Source: Spirochaetia bacterium (lineage in GTDB: Bacteria; Spirochaetota; Spirochaetia; CADAEX01). Taken from it: 64,000 nt of DNA. Location of the stretch: assembly GCA_045606105.1 (NCBI GenBank), contig JAZURI010000003.1:64001-128000 (forward strand), given 5' to 3'. The notes beneath the pieces are model-generated. The model worked only from the letters and a program-made list of their open reading frames with translations, searched no databases and was not told where the DNA came from. Below, one piece after another: positions 28,591 through 38,718 of the stretch (position 1 is the stretch's first letter; the number at the start of each line of letters is the position of its first letter). A program made the position numbers and the translations under genes.

Positions 28591-29634
28591 TTACTCCTGA
28601 TCTATAACCCTGATTGTTGTTCCGTCGGAAATGTTCCTGTTTCCGTCAGTGATAAGGGCATCTCCGAACTTGAGACCGCTGATGATCTCCACCTGGTCCT
28701 TGAAGTTCTTTCCTGTCACGATCTGCTTTCTTACAGCCTTGTTGTCCTGTGCCAGGAAAACGAAAGCCTTCTCTCCCTGGAAAATAATATTCTTTCTTTC
28801 AAGAACAACGATATTCTGCTTTTCGTATGTTACCAGGGTAATCTTTGCATTTACACCGCTGGGGATAGTGGTTCCGTTGTTGATGAATTCGATTACGGCA
28901 CCGAAAGCCTGCTTGTCAGGGTTCATGGCCAGGTCCAGCTGGACAATCTTTCCCTCGATGAAGTTTCCTTCCCATGTGGCTGTTGCTGTATCTCCCAGCT
29001 TTACGGAGCTGATATCCTTTTCCTGGATCCAGATCCTGCTTTTCAGCCTGCTGATGTCGGAAACGGCAAAAAGCACATCTCCCGATTTTACATCATCGGT
29101 TTCGGTAACATTCATTCTGGTAAGTGTTCCGCTGATAGGGGCAATGACATCAATTTTTTCCTTTACATTGTTCCAGTTGGCCAGGCTCACCTCGTACTGG
29201 GTCTTGGCATTGTCATAGTCCTGTTTTGAAATACCCTGGGCTTTGAAAAGGGCAGACATTCTATCAAAGGTGGCCTTTGCATTTTCATAGGAGGTTTTCA
29301 GCTGATAATAGTTGGCAGCCGGGTTGTTCTTAGGGAATGATACGATTACATCATCCTTCTTTACCTGATCTCCTACGGAAAAATGGATTTTTTCCACGGA
29401 ATCATCTATTTTTGCAGATGCTGTGGATTCCTTGATACCGTTTACTGCAGAATCATATGTAAGGATATATCTGAAATTAGCCGGTTTCAGGGACTTCACA
29501 TTTACAGGAACCCCCTCCTCGGCATGAATCTGGGCCATGCTTTTTGTATTTATCTCCTCGTCGCTTTTCTTGCTGCAGCCTGTAAAAGCCAATGATGCTG
29601 CAAGTACTGCAACTCCTAAAATCCTGATGTTCAT
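28591..29634 (-). CDS. RND periplasmic adaptor (membrane fusion lipoprotein)
   Basis: Lipobox AFTG-C; VGDQVKKDD, IAPISG, VEIISGLKFGD. Confidence 0.93.
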   Translation of the reverse strand: MNIRILGVAVLAASLAFTGCSKKSDEEINTKSMAQIHAEEGVPVNVKSLKPANFRYILTYDSAVNGIKESTASAKIDDSVEKIHFSVGDQVKKDDVIVSFPKNNPAANYYQLKTSYENAKATFDRMSALFKAQGISKQDYDNAKTQYEVSLANWNNVKEKIDVIAPISGTLTRMNVTETDDVKSGDVLFAVSDISRLKSRIWIQEKDISSVKLGDTATATWEGNFIEGKIVQLDLAMNPDKQAFGAVIEFINNGTTIPSGVNAKITLVTYEKQNIVVLERKNIIFQGEKAFVFLAQDNKAVRKQIVTGKNFKDQVEIISGLKFGDALITDGNRNISDGTTIRVIDQE

Positions 29635-30293
29635 TTTCCCTCCTGATAAATCTTGTAGCTATGAAAAATACCTTCTATGAATCTGTCTATGACATTGTCC
29701 ACTGTTTCCTTGTCCAGTTCCGGAAAGGGCTTGGAAAGATGTCCGATAAGCCCGTCCACAAAGGAACTCATGGCAATGAAGCTTTCGTAGATCTCCTGTT
29801 TCTTTTCCGGCTCCTGTGTAATATCGATGCCGTATCCTCTGCAGGTTCTATCCACTATGGCATCCCGCATTTCAGTACTTGAAAGGGAATGCTTCTCGTT
29901 GGTTATAGCCATGAATATCTTGTCTGAAAGGGTCTGCTCCTCATTAAGGAAGGTATTCATCAGCACCTTTCTCTTTACTCTGACAGATTTGTTGTCTATA
30001 TACCAGTGACACAGACCCTTGATGGTGTTGGTTATCTTTTCCTGCGGTGTTTTTCCGGTTTCATAGAAAAAATTCAGCTTATCCGAAGTTTCTTCATATA
30101 ATGTTCCGGCAATACAGAGCAGTATATCTTCCTTGTTCTTGAAATACCAGTAAAAAGCTCCTCTGGTAACTTTAGCCAGCTTGCATATATCGCTGATCTT
30201 GGCTCTGGAATAACCCATCTTGTCGAAAACAGTCACTGCTGATTCGATTATGGCGAGCCTGGTTTTTTCTGCATCTTCATGTGTTCGTTTCAT
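29631..30293 (-). CDS. TetR/AcrR family transcriptional regulator
   Basis: N-terminal HTH ISDICKLAKVTRGAFYWYFKNKEDI; first gene of the efflux operon. Confidence 0.95.
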   Translation of the reverse strand: MKRTHEDAEKTRLAIIESAVTVFDKMGYSRAKISDICKLAKVTRGAFYWYFKNKEDILLCIAGTLYEETSDKLNFFYETGKTPQEKITNTIKGLCHWYIDNKSVRVKRKVLMNTFLNEEQTLSDKIFMAITNEKHSLSSTEMRDAIVDRTCRGYGIDITQEPEKKQEIYESFIAMSSFVDGLIGHLSKPFPELDKETVDNVIDRFIEGIFHSYKIYQEGK

Positions 30294-30310
30294 GGACACC
30301 TCTTAAAGTT

Positions 30311-30333
30311 TACATACAAACAGTTTGTTTATA
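30311..30333. promoter_or_regulatory. Probable TetR/AcrR operator
   Basis: TACATACAAAC-A-GTTTGTTTATA, 9/11 inverted repeat between the promoter and the TetR start. Confidence 0.65.
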
Positions 30334-30338
30334 AAAGG

Positions 30339-30367
30339 AATATAATAATAACATTTTAATAAGTCAA
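30339..30367 (-). promoter_or_regulatory. Sigma-70 promoter of the tetR-RND operon
   Basis: Minus strand TTGACT-17 nt-TATATT. Confidence 0.65.
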
Positions 30368-30400
30368 TAATAAACAGATATTTTTGAAGGGATTTTCAAT

Positions 30401-30427
30401 AAAAAAGGCTTCCCTCCGGAAGCCCTT
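30401..30427 (-). terminator. Rho-independent terminator
   Basis: GGCTTCC/GGAAGCC stem followed by T6 on the minus strand, just after the 30431 stop. Confidence 0.75.
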
Positions 30428-30430
30428 GTG

Positions 30431-30850
30431 TTATTTTCGTTTAAGCCAGCTGAAAAGGGATTTCTTATTCTTTTCCTTTTCTATTTCCGCAAGAATCTTA
30501 TGGGCCATTACCCTAGGCCATTCAGGATAGTATATTGCTTCGTCAGTTTCATATTTGTCCAGAAGCTGTCTGAAAAGGGCCTCTGATTCATCATATTTTT
30601 CCTGCTTGTATTTAATAAAAGCAATTTCGTACTCTGCTTCGATTATCTTGTTCTTCATATCAGGATAACGGAGCATGAATTCCTCGTAGTAGGCGATAGC
30701 CAGCTTGTATCTGTTCCAGTTTATTACAGCCTCCTGAGCCTTCTGGAAAAATTCCTCCGGAGTAACATTTTCATCCTTCAGATCCTTTGGAACCGATGAA
30801 CAGGATGCGAGAAAAACTGCAAGTGTTATAAAAAGAATTATTTTTTTCAT
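30431..30850 (-). CDS. TPR lipoprotein (BamD-like)
   Basis: Lipobox LAS-C; AIAYYEEFMLRYPD...EAEYEIAFIKYK TPR pattern. Confidence 0.8.
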   Translation of the reverse strand: MKKIILFITLAVFLASCSSVPKDLKDENVTPEEFFQKAQEAVINWNRYKLAIAYYEEFMLRYPDMKNKIIEAEYEIAFIKYKQEKYDESEALFRQLLDKYETDEAIYYPEWPRVMAHKILAEIEKEKNKKSLFSWLKRK

Positions 30851-30914
30851 ATTGATCCTTAAACCTCAGTTATCATAACATAATCATCTTTTTTATGTCT
30901 ACAGAAATTATATT

Positions 30915-31583
30915 CTAAAAAAAGTAATAAACCTCGGGTTCGAAAAGCTCCTCTGTTTTTTCCTTTTCTGTTTCCAGCTCCTCAAGGTTTCCCGAAAAGC
31001 TGCTTATTTTCCAGCTGTCATCAACCTTTTCAAGGGTGAATTCACAGATACAGGAGCCTTTTTTTCCGAATCCCCTTACCGCAACCAGGGCCTTTCCCCC
31101 GTTTTCACGGCTCTGACCTATCCTGATTTCCTCAGGGATGTATCCGTTTTTTCTCCATTCCTCGAACAGCATGGTAAGAACCACCCTGTTTTCCTGTGTG
31201 AAAAGGGCTTCTGCCTGCTTTCTCAGGTTTCCGGCCTCATAGCATCTGAAGAAGCTCCGTACTGCATTTTCCGGAGTACCGGCCTCATCCTCCGGTGTCA
31301 GGTTTCCTATGATGAAGTCCTTGGGGTAGATTCCCTCTCCGGTACCGGTCATGAGAAATCGTCTGCTGCCGTAGTTATCTGCCGACAGCCTGCGGTTTTC
31401 CTTTGTTTCAGGCTTGTTTCTGGATTCGATTATGGATTTTTCCAGCTCTCCGATCCTGTCGGTGCCAAGCTCTGCCGCCGGGGCTTTATTGTCCTGTGCC
31501 GGAACAGTTTCCGCCGAAGGGCTCTCTTTTGAGCATGAAACCGTGAGTAAGATAATTAATACGAAACAGAGAAGCTTGTCCAT
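30915..31583 (-). CDS. Hypothetical lipoprotein, possible NTF2-like C-terminal domain
   Basis: Lipobox TVS-C; TPENAVRSFF...FTLEKVDDSWKIS. Confidence 0.7.
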   Translation of the reverse strand: MDKLLCFVLIILLTVSCSKESPSAETVPAQDNKAPAAELGTDRIGELEKSIIESRNKPETKENRRLSADNYGSRRFLMTGTGEGIYPKDFIIGNLTPEDEAGTPENAVRSFFRCYEAGNLRKQAEALFTQENRVVLTMLFEEWRKNGYIPEEIRIGQSRENGGKALVAVRGFGKKGSCICEFTLEKVDDSWKISSFSGNLEELETEKEKTEELFEPEVYYFF

Positions 31584-31638
31584 TTATTAAAATATAGCAT
31601 ATAAAAATCCATTTGAAAATAGCCGGAGCCATTATCCC

Positions 31639-31667
31639 TTGACATTAGAATTTTTGAGGTCTAATAT
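31639..31667 (+). promoter_or_regulatory. Sigma-70 promoter of fba
   Basis: TTGACA-17 nt-TAATAT. Confidence 0.65.
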
Positions 31668-31704
31668 TATAGAAACCCAAAAAAATTAATGGAGCGTGCT
31701 TAAT

Positions 31705-32697
31705 ATGGTAAGTTACAAAGAACTGGGATTGGTAAATACCAGGAAAATGTTTGAAAAGGCGGTAAAGGAGTCTTATGCGGTTCCTGCATATAATTTCAAC
31801 AACATGGAACAGCTTCAGGCTATCATCATGGCTTGTGTAGAGACAAAATCTCCCGTAATCATTCAGGTTTCATCCGGTGCCAGAAAATATGCAAACCCGA
31901 ACCTTCTCAAGAATATGGCAAAAGGGGCAGTGGAATATGCTCACGAGCTGGGATATGACATTCCTATTTGTCTTCACCTTGACCACGGAGATACTTTCGA
32001 GCTCTGCAAGGATTGTATCGACAAGGGATTTTCTTCCGTAATGATTGACGGTTCAAGCAAGTCATTCGAGGAAAACATTGCTCTCACAAAGAAGGTTGTG
32101 GATTATGCCCATCAGTTTGATGTAACAGTTGAAGGTGAGCTGGGAGTTCTTGCCGGCGTTGAGGACGAGGTAAGCTCAGAGGAATCCCATTATACAAGAC
32201 CTGAAGATGTTGAGGAATTCGTAAAGAGAACAGGTGTTGATTCCCTGGCTATTTCCATCGGTACATCCCACGGTGCCAACAAGTTCCGCCCTGAACAGTG
32301 TACAAGAAACGAAGAAGGAATCCTTGTTCCTCCTCCTCTCAGACTGGACATCCTTGAAGAGATTGAGAAGAGAATTCCTGGTTTCCCTATCGTTCTCCAT
32401 GGATCATCCTCCGTACCGCAGGATTATGTAAAGACAATCAATTCCTACGGCGGAAAGCTTAAGGATGCCATCGGTATTCCTGAAGAACAGCTTCAGAAGG
32501 CTGTAAGATCCACAGTATGCAAGGTAAACATCGACTCAGACGGAAGACTTGCCATGACAGCTGCCATCAGAAAATACATGGTAGAGGATCCTGCCGCATT
32601 TGACCCAAGAAAATATCTTATTCCTGCAAGAGAGGCTCTCAAGGAACTTTACAAGCACAAGAACATCAACGTTCTGTTCTCTGCAGGCAAGGCCTGA
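31705..32697 (+). CDS. fba: Class II fructose-1,6-bisphosphate aldolase
   Basis: LHLDHG, SVMIDGS, EGELG, SIGTSHG, VLHGSS, FDPRKYL. Confidence 0.97.
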   Translation: MVSYKELGLVNTRKMFEKAVKESYAVPAYNFNNMEQLQAIIMACVETKSPVIIQVSSGARKYANPNLLKNMAKGAVEYAHELGYDIPICLHLDHGDTFELCKDCIDKGFSSVMIDGSSKSFEENIALTKKVVDYAHQFDVTVEGELGVLAGVEDEVSSEESHYTRPEDVEEFVKRTGVDSLAISIGTSHGANKFRPEQCTRNEEGILVPPPLRLDILEEIEKRIPGFPIVLHGSSSVPQDYVKTINSYGGKLKDAIGIPEEQLQKAVRSTVCKVNIDSDGRLAMTAAIRKYMVEDPAAFDPRKYLIPAREALKELYKHKNINVLFSAGKA

Positions 32698-32721
32698 TTG
32701 TCCATAACCCCGAAGACGAAG

Positions 32722-32759
32722 AAAAAAGCCATCCTTTTCGGATGGCTTTTATTTTTTTT
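32722..32759. terminator. Bidirectional terminator between fba and the ABC operon
   Basis: AAAAGCCATCC/GGATGGCTTTT stem flanked by A and T tracts. Confidence 0.85.
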
Positions 32760-32772
32760 ATACAGTCTGTAA

Positions 32773-33510
32773 TCAGAGAACAGCTTTCAGGAACTGCCTG
32801 AGTCTCAGACACTGAGGGTTGTCGAATATTTCTGCCGGTGTCCCTTCTTCGGCAATCTTTCCTTCGTGTATGAAAAGTATCCTGTCTGCCACTTCCCGGG
32901 CAAATCCCATCTCGTGGGTAACCACCGCCATGGTCATTCCCTGTTCGGCAAGGTTCTTCATTACATTGAGAACTTCCCCTACCATTTCCGGGTCCAGCGC
33001 ACTGGTCGGTTCGTCAAAGAGCATCATGTCAGGCTCCATGGCCAGGGAGCGCACTATGGCAATTCTCTGCTTCTGTCCGCCGGAAAGCATAGACGGATAT
33101 ACATCTGCCTTGTCCAGCAGTCCCACCTGTTCCAGCAGCATAAGCCCCTTCTGTCTGGCCTCTTCCGGTGTCTTCAGCTTGAGTGTGACCGGTGCCAGTG
33201 TTATGTTTTCCATTACGGTAAGGTGCGGGAAAAGATTGAAATGCTGGAAAACCATACCTATTTTCTGCCTGCATTTGTCGATGTCGGTATCAGGTGCGGT
33301 AAGATCTGTCCCCTCAAAGGTTATGGTTCCTGCAGTGGGTGTTTCAAGCATGTTCAGACATCTGAGAAATGTACTCTTTCCGCATCCCGAAGGCCCGATG
33401 ATAACTATTTTTTCCCCTTTTCTGACAGTGGTGGAAATTCCGTTGAGCACATTGAGCTTTCCGAAGCTCTTGCGGAGATCCTTTACAGTTACGATAGTGT
33501 TATCTGTCAC
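32773..33510 (-). CDS. Polar amino acid ABC transporter ATP-binding protein (GlnQ-like)
   Basis: [29 protein letters not shown]; GTG start at 33510 preferred (ORF open to 33531). Confidence 0.95.
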   Translation of the reverse strand: MTDNTIVTVKDLRKSFGKLNVLNGISTTVRKGEKIVIIGPSGCGKSTFLRCLNMLETPTAGTITFEGTDLTAPDTDIDKCRQKIGMVFQHFNLFPHLTVMENITLAPVTLKLKTPEEARQKGLMLLEQVGLLDKADVYPSMLSGGQKQRIAIVRSLAMEPDMMLFDEPTSALDPEMVGEVLNVMKNLAEQGMTMAVVTHEMGFAREVADRILFIHEGKIAEEGTPAEIFDNPQCLRLRQFLKAVL

Positions 33511-34165
33511 TTTGAGCCATCCTTTTTTCAAAAATGCTGAATACCTTGGTGAGACCCAGTGTGAGTATCAGGTAGATGACAGCACAGGTAAGGAGAGGGA
33601 TCCACGCATTGTAGGTGGCGTTTCTGATCATGTCTCCCGCCTTTGTCATGTCCATTACCGCAATGAAGCTGGCTACCGATGTTTCCTTGATAAGGACGAT
33701 GAATTCGCTTGTGTAGGTAGGAAGTACCGCCTTTACGGCCTGAGGAAGGATAATCTTGAAAAGAGTCTGCTTCCTGTTAAGCCCCAGGGAACGTCCCGCT
33801 TCTGTCTGACCGATATCCACGCCCTGGATTCCGGCACGGAAGATTTCTGTACAGTAGGCGCCTGAGTTGAGTCCGTATGCCAGGATTGCCACCAGAAGCT
33901 TAGGGAGATGCAGAGGGGCAAACACTACGAAATAGAAAATCATGAGCTGAGTGGCAAGAGGAAGTCCTCTGAGAACCGTGGTATACAGGGTTGCAATGCC
34001 TTTCAGCAGCTTGTTGTCCGAGATTTTCATCAGAGCCATTATGCATCCCAGAACGGTTCCGATGATTATAGCACAAAAAGCAATGAGCAGGGTGATGCCC
34101 AGACCCTGGAGGATCAGGACATAACGTTCCCCTGCAATCATTGTATCATAGAATGACTGAATCAT
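33500..34165 (-). CDS. Polar amino acid ABC transporter permease
   Basis: [36 protein letters not shown]. Confidence 0.95.
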   Translation of the reverse strand: MIQSFYDTMIAGERYVLILQGLGITLLIAFCAIIIGTVLGCIMALMKISDNKLLKGIATLYTTVLRGLPLATQLMIFYFVVFAPLHLPKLLVAILAYGLNSGAYCTEIFRAGIQGVDIGQTEAGRSLGLNRKQTLFKIILPQAVKAVLPTYTSEFIVLIKETSVASFIAVMDMTKAGDMIRNATYNAWIPLLTCAVIYLILTLGLTKVFSIFEKRMAQSDR

Positions 34166-34941
34166 TTTTTGATGATGATTACCTGTTCGGAAGCATAGTA
34201 AGGAACAGAGAAGTCAACGTTTTTCTTTCTCTCTTCTGTAACTGACATTCCGGCTGCGATAAAGTCGATTGTTCCGGCCTGGAGTGCAGGAATAAGGCTG
34301 TCAAATGCCATGTCCACGATTGTCAGTCTGACATTTGCCTTCTTTGCAATGTATTCACCCATGGAGATGTCGAAACCTACGATATCCTTTCCTTCAACAT
34401 ATTCGAAAGGAGGGAATGCAGCGTTTGTTCCAAGCTTGATTTCTCCGGAGGAAGCGCTGTTTGCAATTGAAGGGATAACGATTTTTCCGTCTGCAGGCAT
34501 GAATGCGTTTACAAGCTTTTCATATCCGCCGTTGGACTGAAGTTCCTTGATTGTGGCATTTACCACATCGAGAACAGCCTTGTCCCCTTTCTTTACGGCA
34601 ATGGCATACTCTTCCTTGTTTGCTGTGAAGTAAGGATCCCTTACAATTGCCAGGTCAGGGTTCTTTGCCACGATTGCTTCTGCAGGAAGCTCGTCGATAA
34701 CAACACAGTCAATTGCTCCTGTCTTGAGGTCGAGAGCTGCATCGATACCGCTCTTGAAAGAAGAAAGCTTAACATCCTTTACGTTTTCCTGAACCCAGAG
34801 GTCTCCTGTGGTTCCGGACTGAACGCCTATCTTAAGACCTGTAAGGTCGTTGATGCCTTTGATTGTAACCTTTGATTTACCGCATCCTGCAAGTGCCAGG
34901 ACTGCAACAAGTAAAATCAATAAAACTGATGATTTTTTCAT
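34162..34941 (-). CDS. Amino acid ABC substrate-binding lipoprotein (family 3), circularly permuted
   Basis: Lipobox LAG-C; DLTGLKIGVQSGTTG half precedes the GTNAAFPPFEY...VDFSVPYY half. Confidence 0.92.
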   Translation of the reverse strand: MKKSSVLLILLVAVLALAGCGKSKVTIKGINDLTGLKIGVQSGTTGDLWVQENVKDVKLSSFKSGIDAALDLKTGAIDCVVIDELPAEAIVAKNPDLAIVRDPYFTANKEEYAIAVKKGDKAVLDVVNATIKELQSNGGYEKLVNAFMPADGKIVIPSIANSASSGEIKLGTNAAFPPFEYVEGKDIVGFDISMGEYIAKKANVRLTIVDMAFDSLIPALQAGTIDFIAAGMSVTEERKKNVDFSVPYYASEQVIIIKK

Positions 34942-34984
34942 TTTTATACTCCTGTTATATTTATAGCAGATTATTCATATCTGT

Positions 34985-35950
34985 TCAATATTTATACATT
35001 TTCCAGGATGTGGCGATGAGGTTTTCCACGCTGCTGTGTTCCGCCTTCCAGCCCAGAAGGGTATGTGCAAGCTCCGACTCGGCCACCAGTACCGCAGGAT
35101 CTCCGGCTCTCCTGTCTCCGTATTCGTACGGAATCTGTACTCCGGTAATCTCAATGGCTTTTTCCACCATTTCCTTTACGCTTATTCCCTGTCCTGTTCC
35201 CAGGTTCACTATGATGTTTTTGCCGTTTTTCATGATATAGTCCGCAGCTGCCAGATGTCCTGTGGCCAGGTCTGTCACATGGATATAATCCCTGAGACAG
35301 GTTCCGTCGGGTGTAGGGTAGTCGTTTCCGTAGATTACCAGCTTTTCCCTGATTCCGCAGGCTGCTTCCATGATTATCGGAAGAAGGTTTGCCGGATTCT
35401 TTTCAAGTCCCTTTATTCTTCCTTCCGCATCGTAGCCGGCTGCATTGAAGTAGCGGAGGGCGGCAAAGTTTATTCCCTTGAGCTTTGAGTACCAGGAAAG
35501 GAATCTCTCTATTTCAAGCTTTGTAAAGCCGTAGTAGTTTTCAGGCTCTGTGGGGTGCTTCTCGTTTACGGGAAGGTATACAGGCTCTCCGTATACTGCG
35601 GCGGAGGATGAGAATACTATGTTTCCGATTCCGCATTTAACGGCACAGTTGATGATGTTCAGGGTTCCTGTAATGTTGTTTACCGAATATTTTTCAGGGA
35701 GTACCATGGATTCTCCCGCCGCCTTGAAGGCTGCCAGGTGGATTATCAGGTCAAAGCCCCCGGACATGGCCTTTTCCAGTGCCTCTGTATCCAGGATATC
35801 TCCGTTCACGAACCTTTCATCGGGGAATATGTTGACGGTCTGCCCGGTGGACAGGTTGTCGTAGACTGTAATATCATGACCGTTGTCAAGAAAGTGTCTT
35901 GCAACGTGGGAACCGATATATCCGGCTCCTCCTATGATAAGGACTTTCAT
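34985..35950 (-). CDS. galE: UDP-glucose 4-epimerase
   Basis: GGAGYIGSH, FSSSAAVYG, YGFTK, LRYFNAAG, RDYIHV. Confidence 0.96.
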   Translation of the reverse strand: MKVLIIGGAGYIGSHVARHFLDNGHDITVYDNLSTGQTVNIFPDERFVNGDILDTEALEKAMSGGFDLIIHLAAFKAAGESMVLPEKYSVNNITGTLNIINCAVKCGIGNIVFSSSAAVYGEPVYLPVNEKHPTEPENYYGFTKLEIERFLSWYSKLKGINFAALRYFNAAGYDAEGRIKGLEKNPANLLPIIMEAACGIREKLVIYGNDYPTPDGTCLRDYIHVTDLATGHLAAADYIMKNGKNIIVNLGTGQGISVKEMVEKAIEITGVQIPYEYGDRRAGDPAVLVAESELAHTLLGWKAEHSSVENLIATSWKMYKY

Positions 35951-36023
35951 TTTTTTCTCCTTTTATAAACAATAATGGAAAAAACCTGCTTCTGCAAGGC
36001 TTTTTGTATGTTATAATACCGAT

Positions 36024-36875
36024 ATGAAAAAAATACGCTTATATATATTTTCTTTGTTTTTCCTGATTCAGGGGCTGTTTCTGTTCGGGGAGGAGACTGT
36101 CATAGTTTCCTGGAATATATGTCATCCCGGAGAGAACCGGAGCACCTTCATGAATACTGCAGGATGGCTGGTTGAGGAGTATGATGTGGATATCCTGGCG
36201 GTTCAGGAGATCAATGTGAACAACAAGGGCTTTCTGGCTCAGCTGGAGAAGATGCTGGAGGTATCGACCGGGGAGGAGTGGTCCTCTGTTTCCACTGCCG
36301 TGCATGAAAGGATAAAGAACATGACAATAGGGGACCAGTTCTATAACTGCTTCAGGAATGACCAGAACAATGCCTTTCTTTACAGAACCGGCAGGTTTGA
36401 TGCGGTAAACAAATACAAGGCCTATTCCTTTGATAATTTTGCGGAGTGCCGGTACAAGGTGGACAAGAACAACATGCTGGTGACCCTTTTCAGGGATAAG
36501 GAAACCAAGGCCTCCTTCACCCTGATAAATGTCCATCTTCCGTACAACAACAAGGATAACCGGCTCAGGGACCTTTATACCGCGGCCCGTCTTTTCTATA
36601 ACATACCCGATTCAAAGAACAAGATAATAATGGGAGATTTCAACTACCGGGCCCACGAGATGTCCAAGGGCTTTCCGTATGTGGCAATAAAAAAGGCCAC
36701 CACGGTGAATACCAAGGGACAGTATGCCAACAGCTACGACCATTTTGCCTACAACAGGAAGGTGGCCGACAGCCTGGTCGGTGAGCCTGTGGTGCTGAGG
36801 ATTGCCGATGCCGAGTACAGGAAGCTGGTTTCGGACCATGTTCCCATACTCATGCGGGTCAGTTTTTCAGAATAA
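36024..36875 (+). CDS. Exported endonuclease/exonuclease/phosphatase (EEP) family protein
   Basis: Signal peptide; SWNI, AVQE, NVHL, MGDFN, YDH, SDHVPI. Confidence 0.9.
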   Translation: MKKIRLYIFSLFFLIQGLFLFGEETVIVSWNICHPGENRSTFMNTAGWLVEEYDVDILAVQEINVNNKGFLAQLEKMLEVSTGEEWSSVSTAVHERIKNMTIGDQFYNCFRNDQNNAFLYRTGRFDAVNKYKAYSFDNFAECRYKVDKNNMLVTLFRDKETKASFTLINVHLPYNNKDNRLRDLYTAARLFYNIPDSKNKIIMGDFNYRAHEMSKGFPYVAIKKATTVNTKGQYANSYDHFAYNRKVADSLVGEPVVLRIADAEYRKLVSDHVPILMRVSFSE

Positions 36876-38718
36876 ATCTTCTGAGTGATTTCTGCTCCAG
36901 AGCCTTCTGTCTCTCCTTCAGCCTCTCCTCCAGGTTCCGGATTGCCCGGATGTTTTCCGAGATCCTGGATTTCATCAGGTTGTATTTGTCCATTTCTCCG
37001 TTGAAATCTTCCCTGATTTCAGCCAGTCTTTCGTCCACGCGGTTTCTGAGCTTTTCCTTCATGGTATTGATTTCGGCAGTCATTACTTTCCTGAGTCCGT
37101 CAGATATCTGCCTGTCAAGGTCGGTTTCCAGGTCTATGTCCAGATCTTTTTCAGGGTCAAAGGCAAAGGTGATTCCGATTTCGGCGCTTTTTATCTCTGC
37201 CAGTACATCTGAATAAAGGTCGAAGATGAAATCAGGCTCAAATTTTTCCGGTACAAGCATGACCTGACTCAGGCTTACCGCACCTCTGGCCTCTGTCCTT
37301 CCCCCTGTGCCGCAGGTGATTCCTGCCCTGGCTTTTCCGGCTCCCTCCATGGAGATGACATCATCTGCCTCCATCTTTACAGGATAGCTTCCTCCGTCGA
37401 AGCTGATATCCAGCATGTTTTTCTCCGGTCTGCTCCTGAAGTCTCCGGTAAAGCTGATATTTTCCCTGTAGCTGTCCCTTGCCAGAGCCATTTTACCTGT
37501 TACAGGCATGTCAAGGAGATCGGCGTTGTTGCTGATGTTGCATATGGTTCCTTCCACCGCAAATTTTCCGTCGGGAGAGTTTCCGCCCAGTGTCAGTTCC
37601 TTTATGAGGAAGGATGGAAGATCACGGCTGTACGCCACATTTCTTCCTTCAGCCCTGACCACAAGCTTTTTAGGCTCCTTTTTCTTTTCCGGAAGCTTTA
37701 TGGTTTTTCCCGACTGCTGGAATTCCCTTGCTGCCTCAATGCCGTCCAGGAATACCGGATACCATTTTCCCAGAAGCTCCACGCATACCGTATCCAGATA
37801 GCCGGAAATGAATTTTTCCCCATCCTTTATATCGGGTATCTTTATCTCCTTTATCTTGTTTCTGACAAGATCGGAGTCATGCTGTACGGAGCTGCTGAAA
37901 TCATGGGCCAGTTTTTGAATGGATTCAGTATCGCCGGTAAACTGAAGCTGGATTTCCTCAGCCTGATCCCTCAGAGCCTTTACGGAATCCACCATTTTCT
38001 TTACATCCTTTATCAGCTCCACGATTTTTGCCGGGGTGAGACCGTCATCCATGTCGGTTTCGCTGAGCTTTTCTATCCTCTCCTCGAACAGCTCGATTTC
38101 TTTCTTTGTCTCATCGATCCTGTTTTCCCAGTTTTCGACTATTGTCTCCATCCGGTTAAGGATTTCATCCTTCATCTCCGGGGTTTTCAGGGAATCCAGG
38201 GTCTCCTCCATGAAGGTTTCGGGATTGTAGGTTCCCAGTATGGATGCCACATCTGCCTGTGCCTTTTCCGAAAGGGCCTTGAGTACTGCATCCTTCTTTA
38301 CCTCGAATTTTTTCTTTACGGCCCTTTCCAGTATATATTTTTCATTTTCAGGCAGGGCCCCGGAGGTTTTTCTCGGAGTGCCGTAGGTGATTCCGGTCAT
38401 TTCTCCCTTTTCCGTAACAAATTTTCCTTTGAGAAGCTGTCTCATGTCAAAGTCCAGAACCACATTCTCTATTTCAAAGAGGTTCTCCATGGGCCTCTCC
38501 TTGTCGGCAACGGCAATTTCCCTTATGGTGAGGCTGGAGTCGAATATCTTTAGGTTTACATATCCGATATCTGCTTTTGCCTGGAAAATGTTCTGAAGGC
38601 TGACAGTCATTATTTTTCTGACCAGAGGATTCTTTCCCGCATTTACGGTTGTTACCACTGCGGCAATCAATGCTGCGCACAGGGCTATTCTTACTATTCT
38701 TATTCTTCCTTTAGTCAT
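36859..38718 (-). CDS. TIGR03545-family protein (N-terminal anchor, AsmA-like start, coiled coils)
   Basis: IFQAKADIG, VADKERPMENLFEI, GTPRKTSGAL; coupled to a TIGR03546-like gene. Confidence 0.8.
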   Translation of the reverse strand: MTKGRIRIVRIALCAALIAAVVTTVNAGKNPLVRKIMTVSLQNIFQAKADIGYVNLKIFDSSLTIREIAVADKERPMENLFEIENVVLDFDMRQLLKGKFVTEKGEMTGITYGTPRKTSGALPENEKYILERAVKKKFEVKKDAVLKALSEKAQADVASILGTYNPETFMEETLDSLKTPEMKDEILNRMETIVENWENRIDETKKEIELFEERIEKLSETDMDDGLTPAKIVELIKDVKKMVDSVKALRDQAEEIQLQFTGDTESIQKLAHDFSSSVQHDSDLVRNKIKEIKIPDIKDGEKFISGYLDTVCVELLGKWYPVFLDGIEAAREFQQSGKTIKLPEKKKEPKKLVVRAEGRNVAYSRDLPSFLIKELTLGGNSPDGKFAVEGTICNISNNADLLDMPVTGKMALARDSYRENISFTGDFRSRPEKNMLDISFDGGSYPVKMEADDVISMEGAGKARAGITCGTGGRTEARGAVSLSQVMLVPEKFEPDFIFDLYSDVLAEIKSAEIGITFAFDPEKDLDIDLETDLDRQISDGLRKVMTAEINTMKEKLRNRVDERLAEIREDFNGEMDKYNLMKSRISENIRAIRNLEERLKERQKALEQKSLRRFILKN

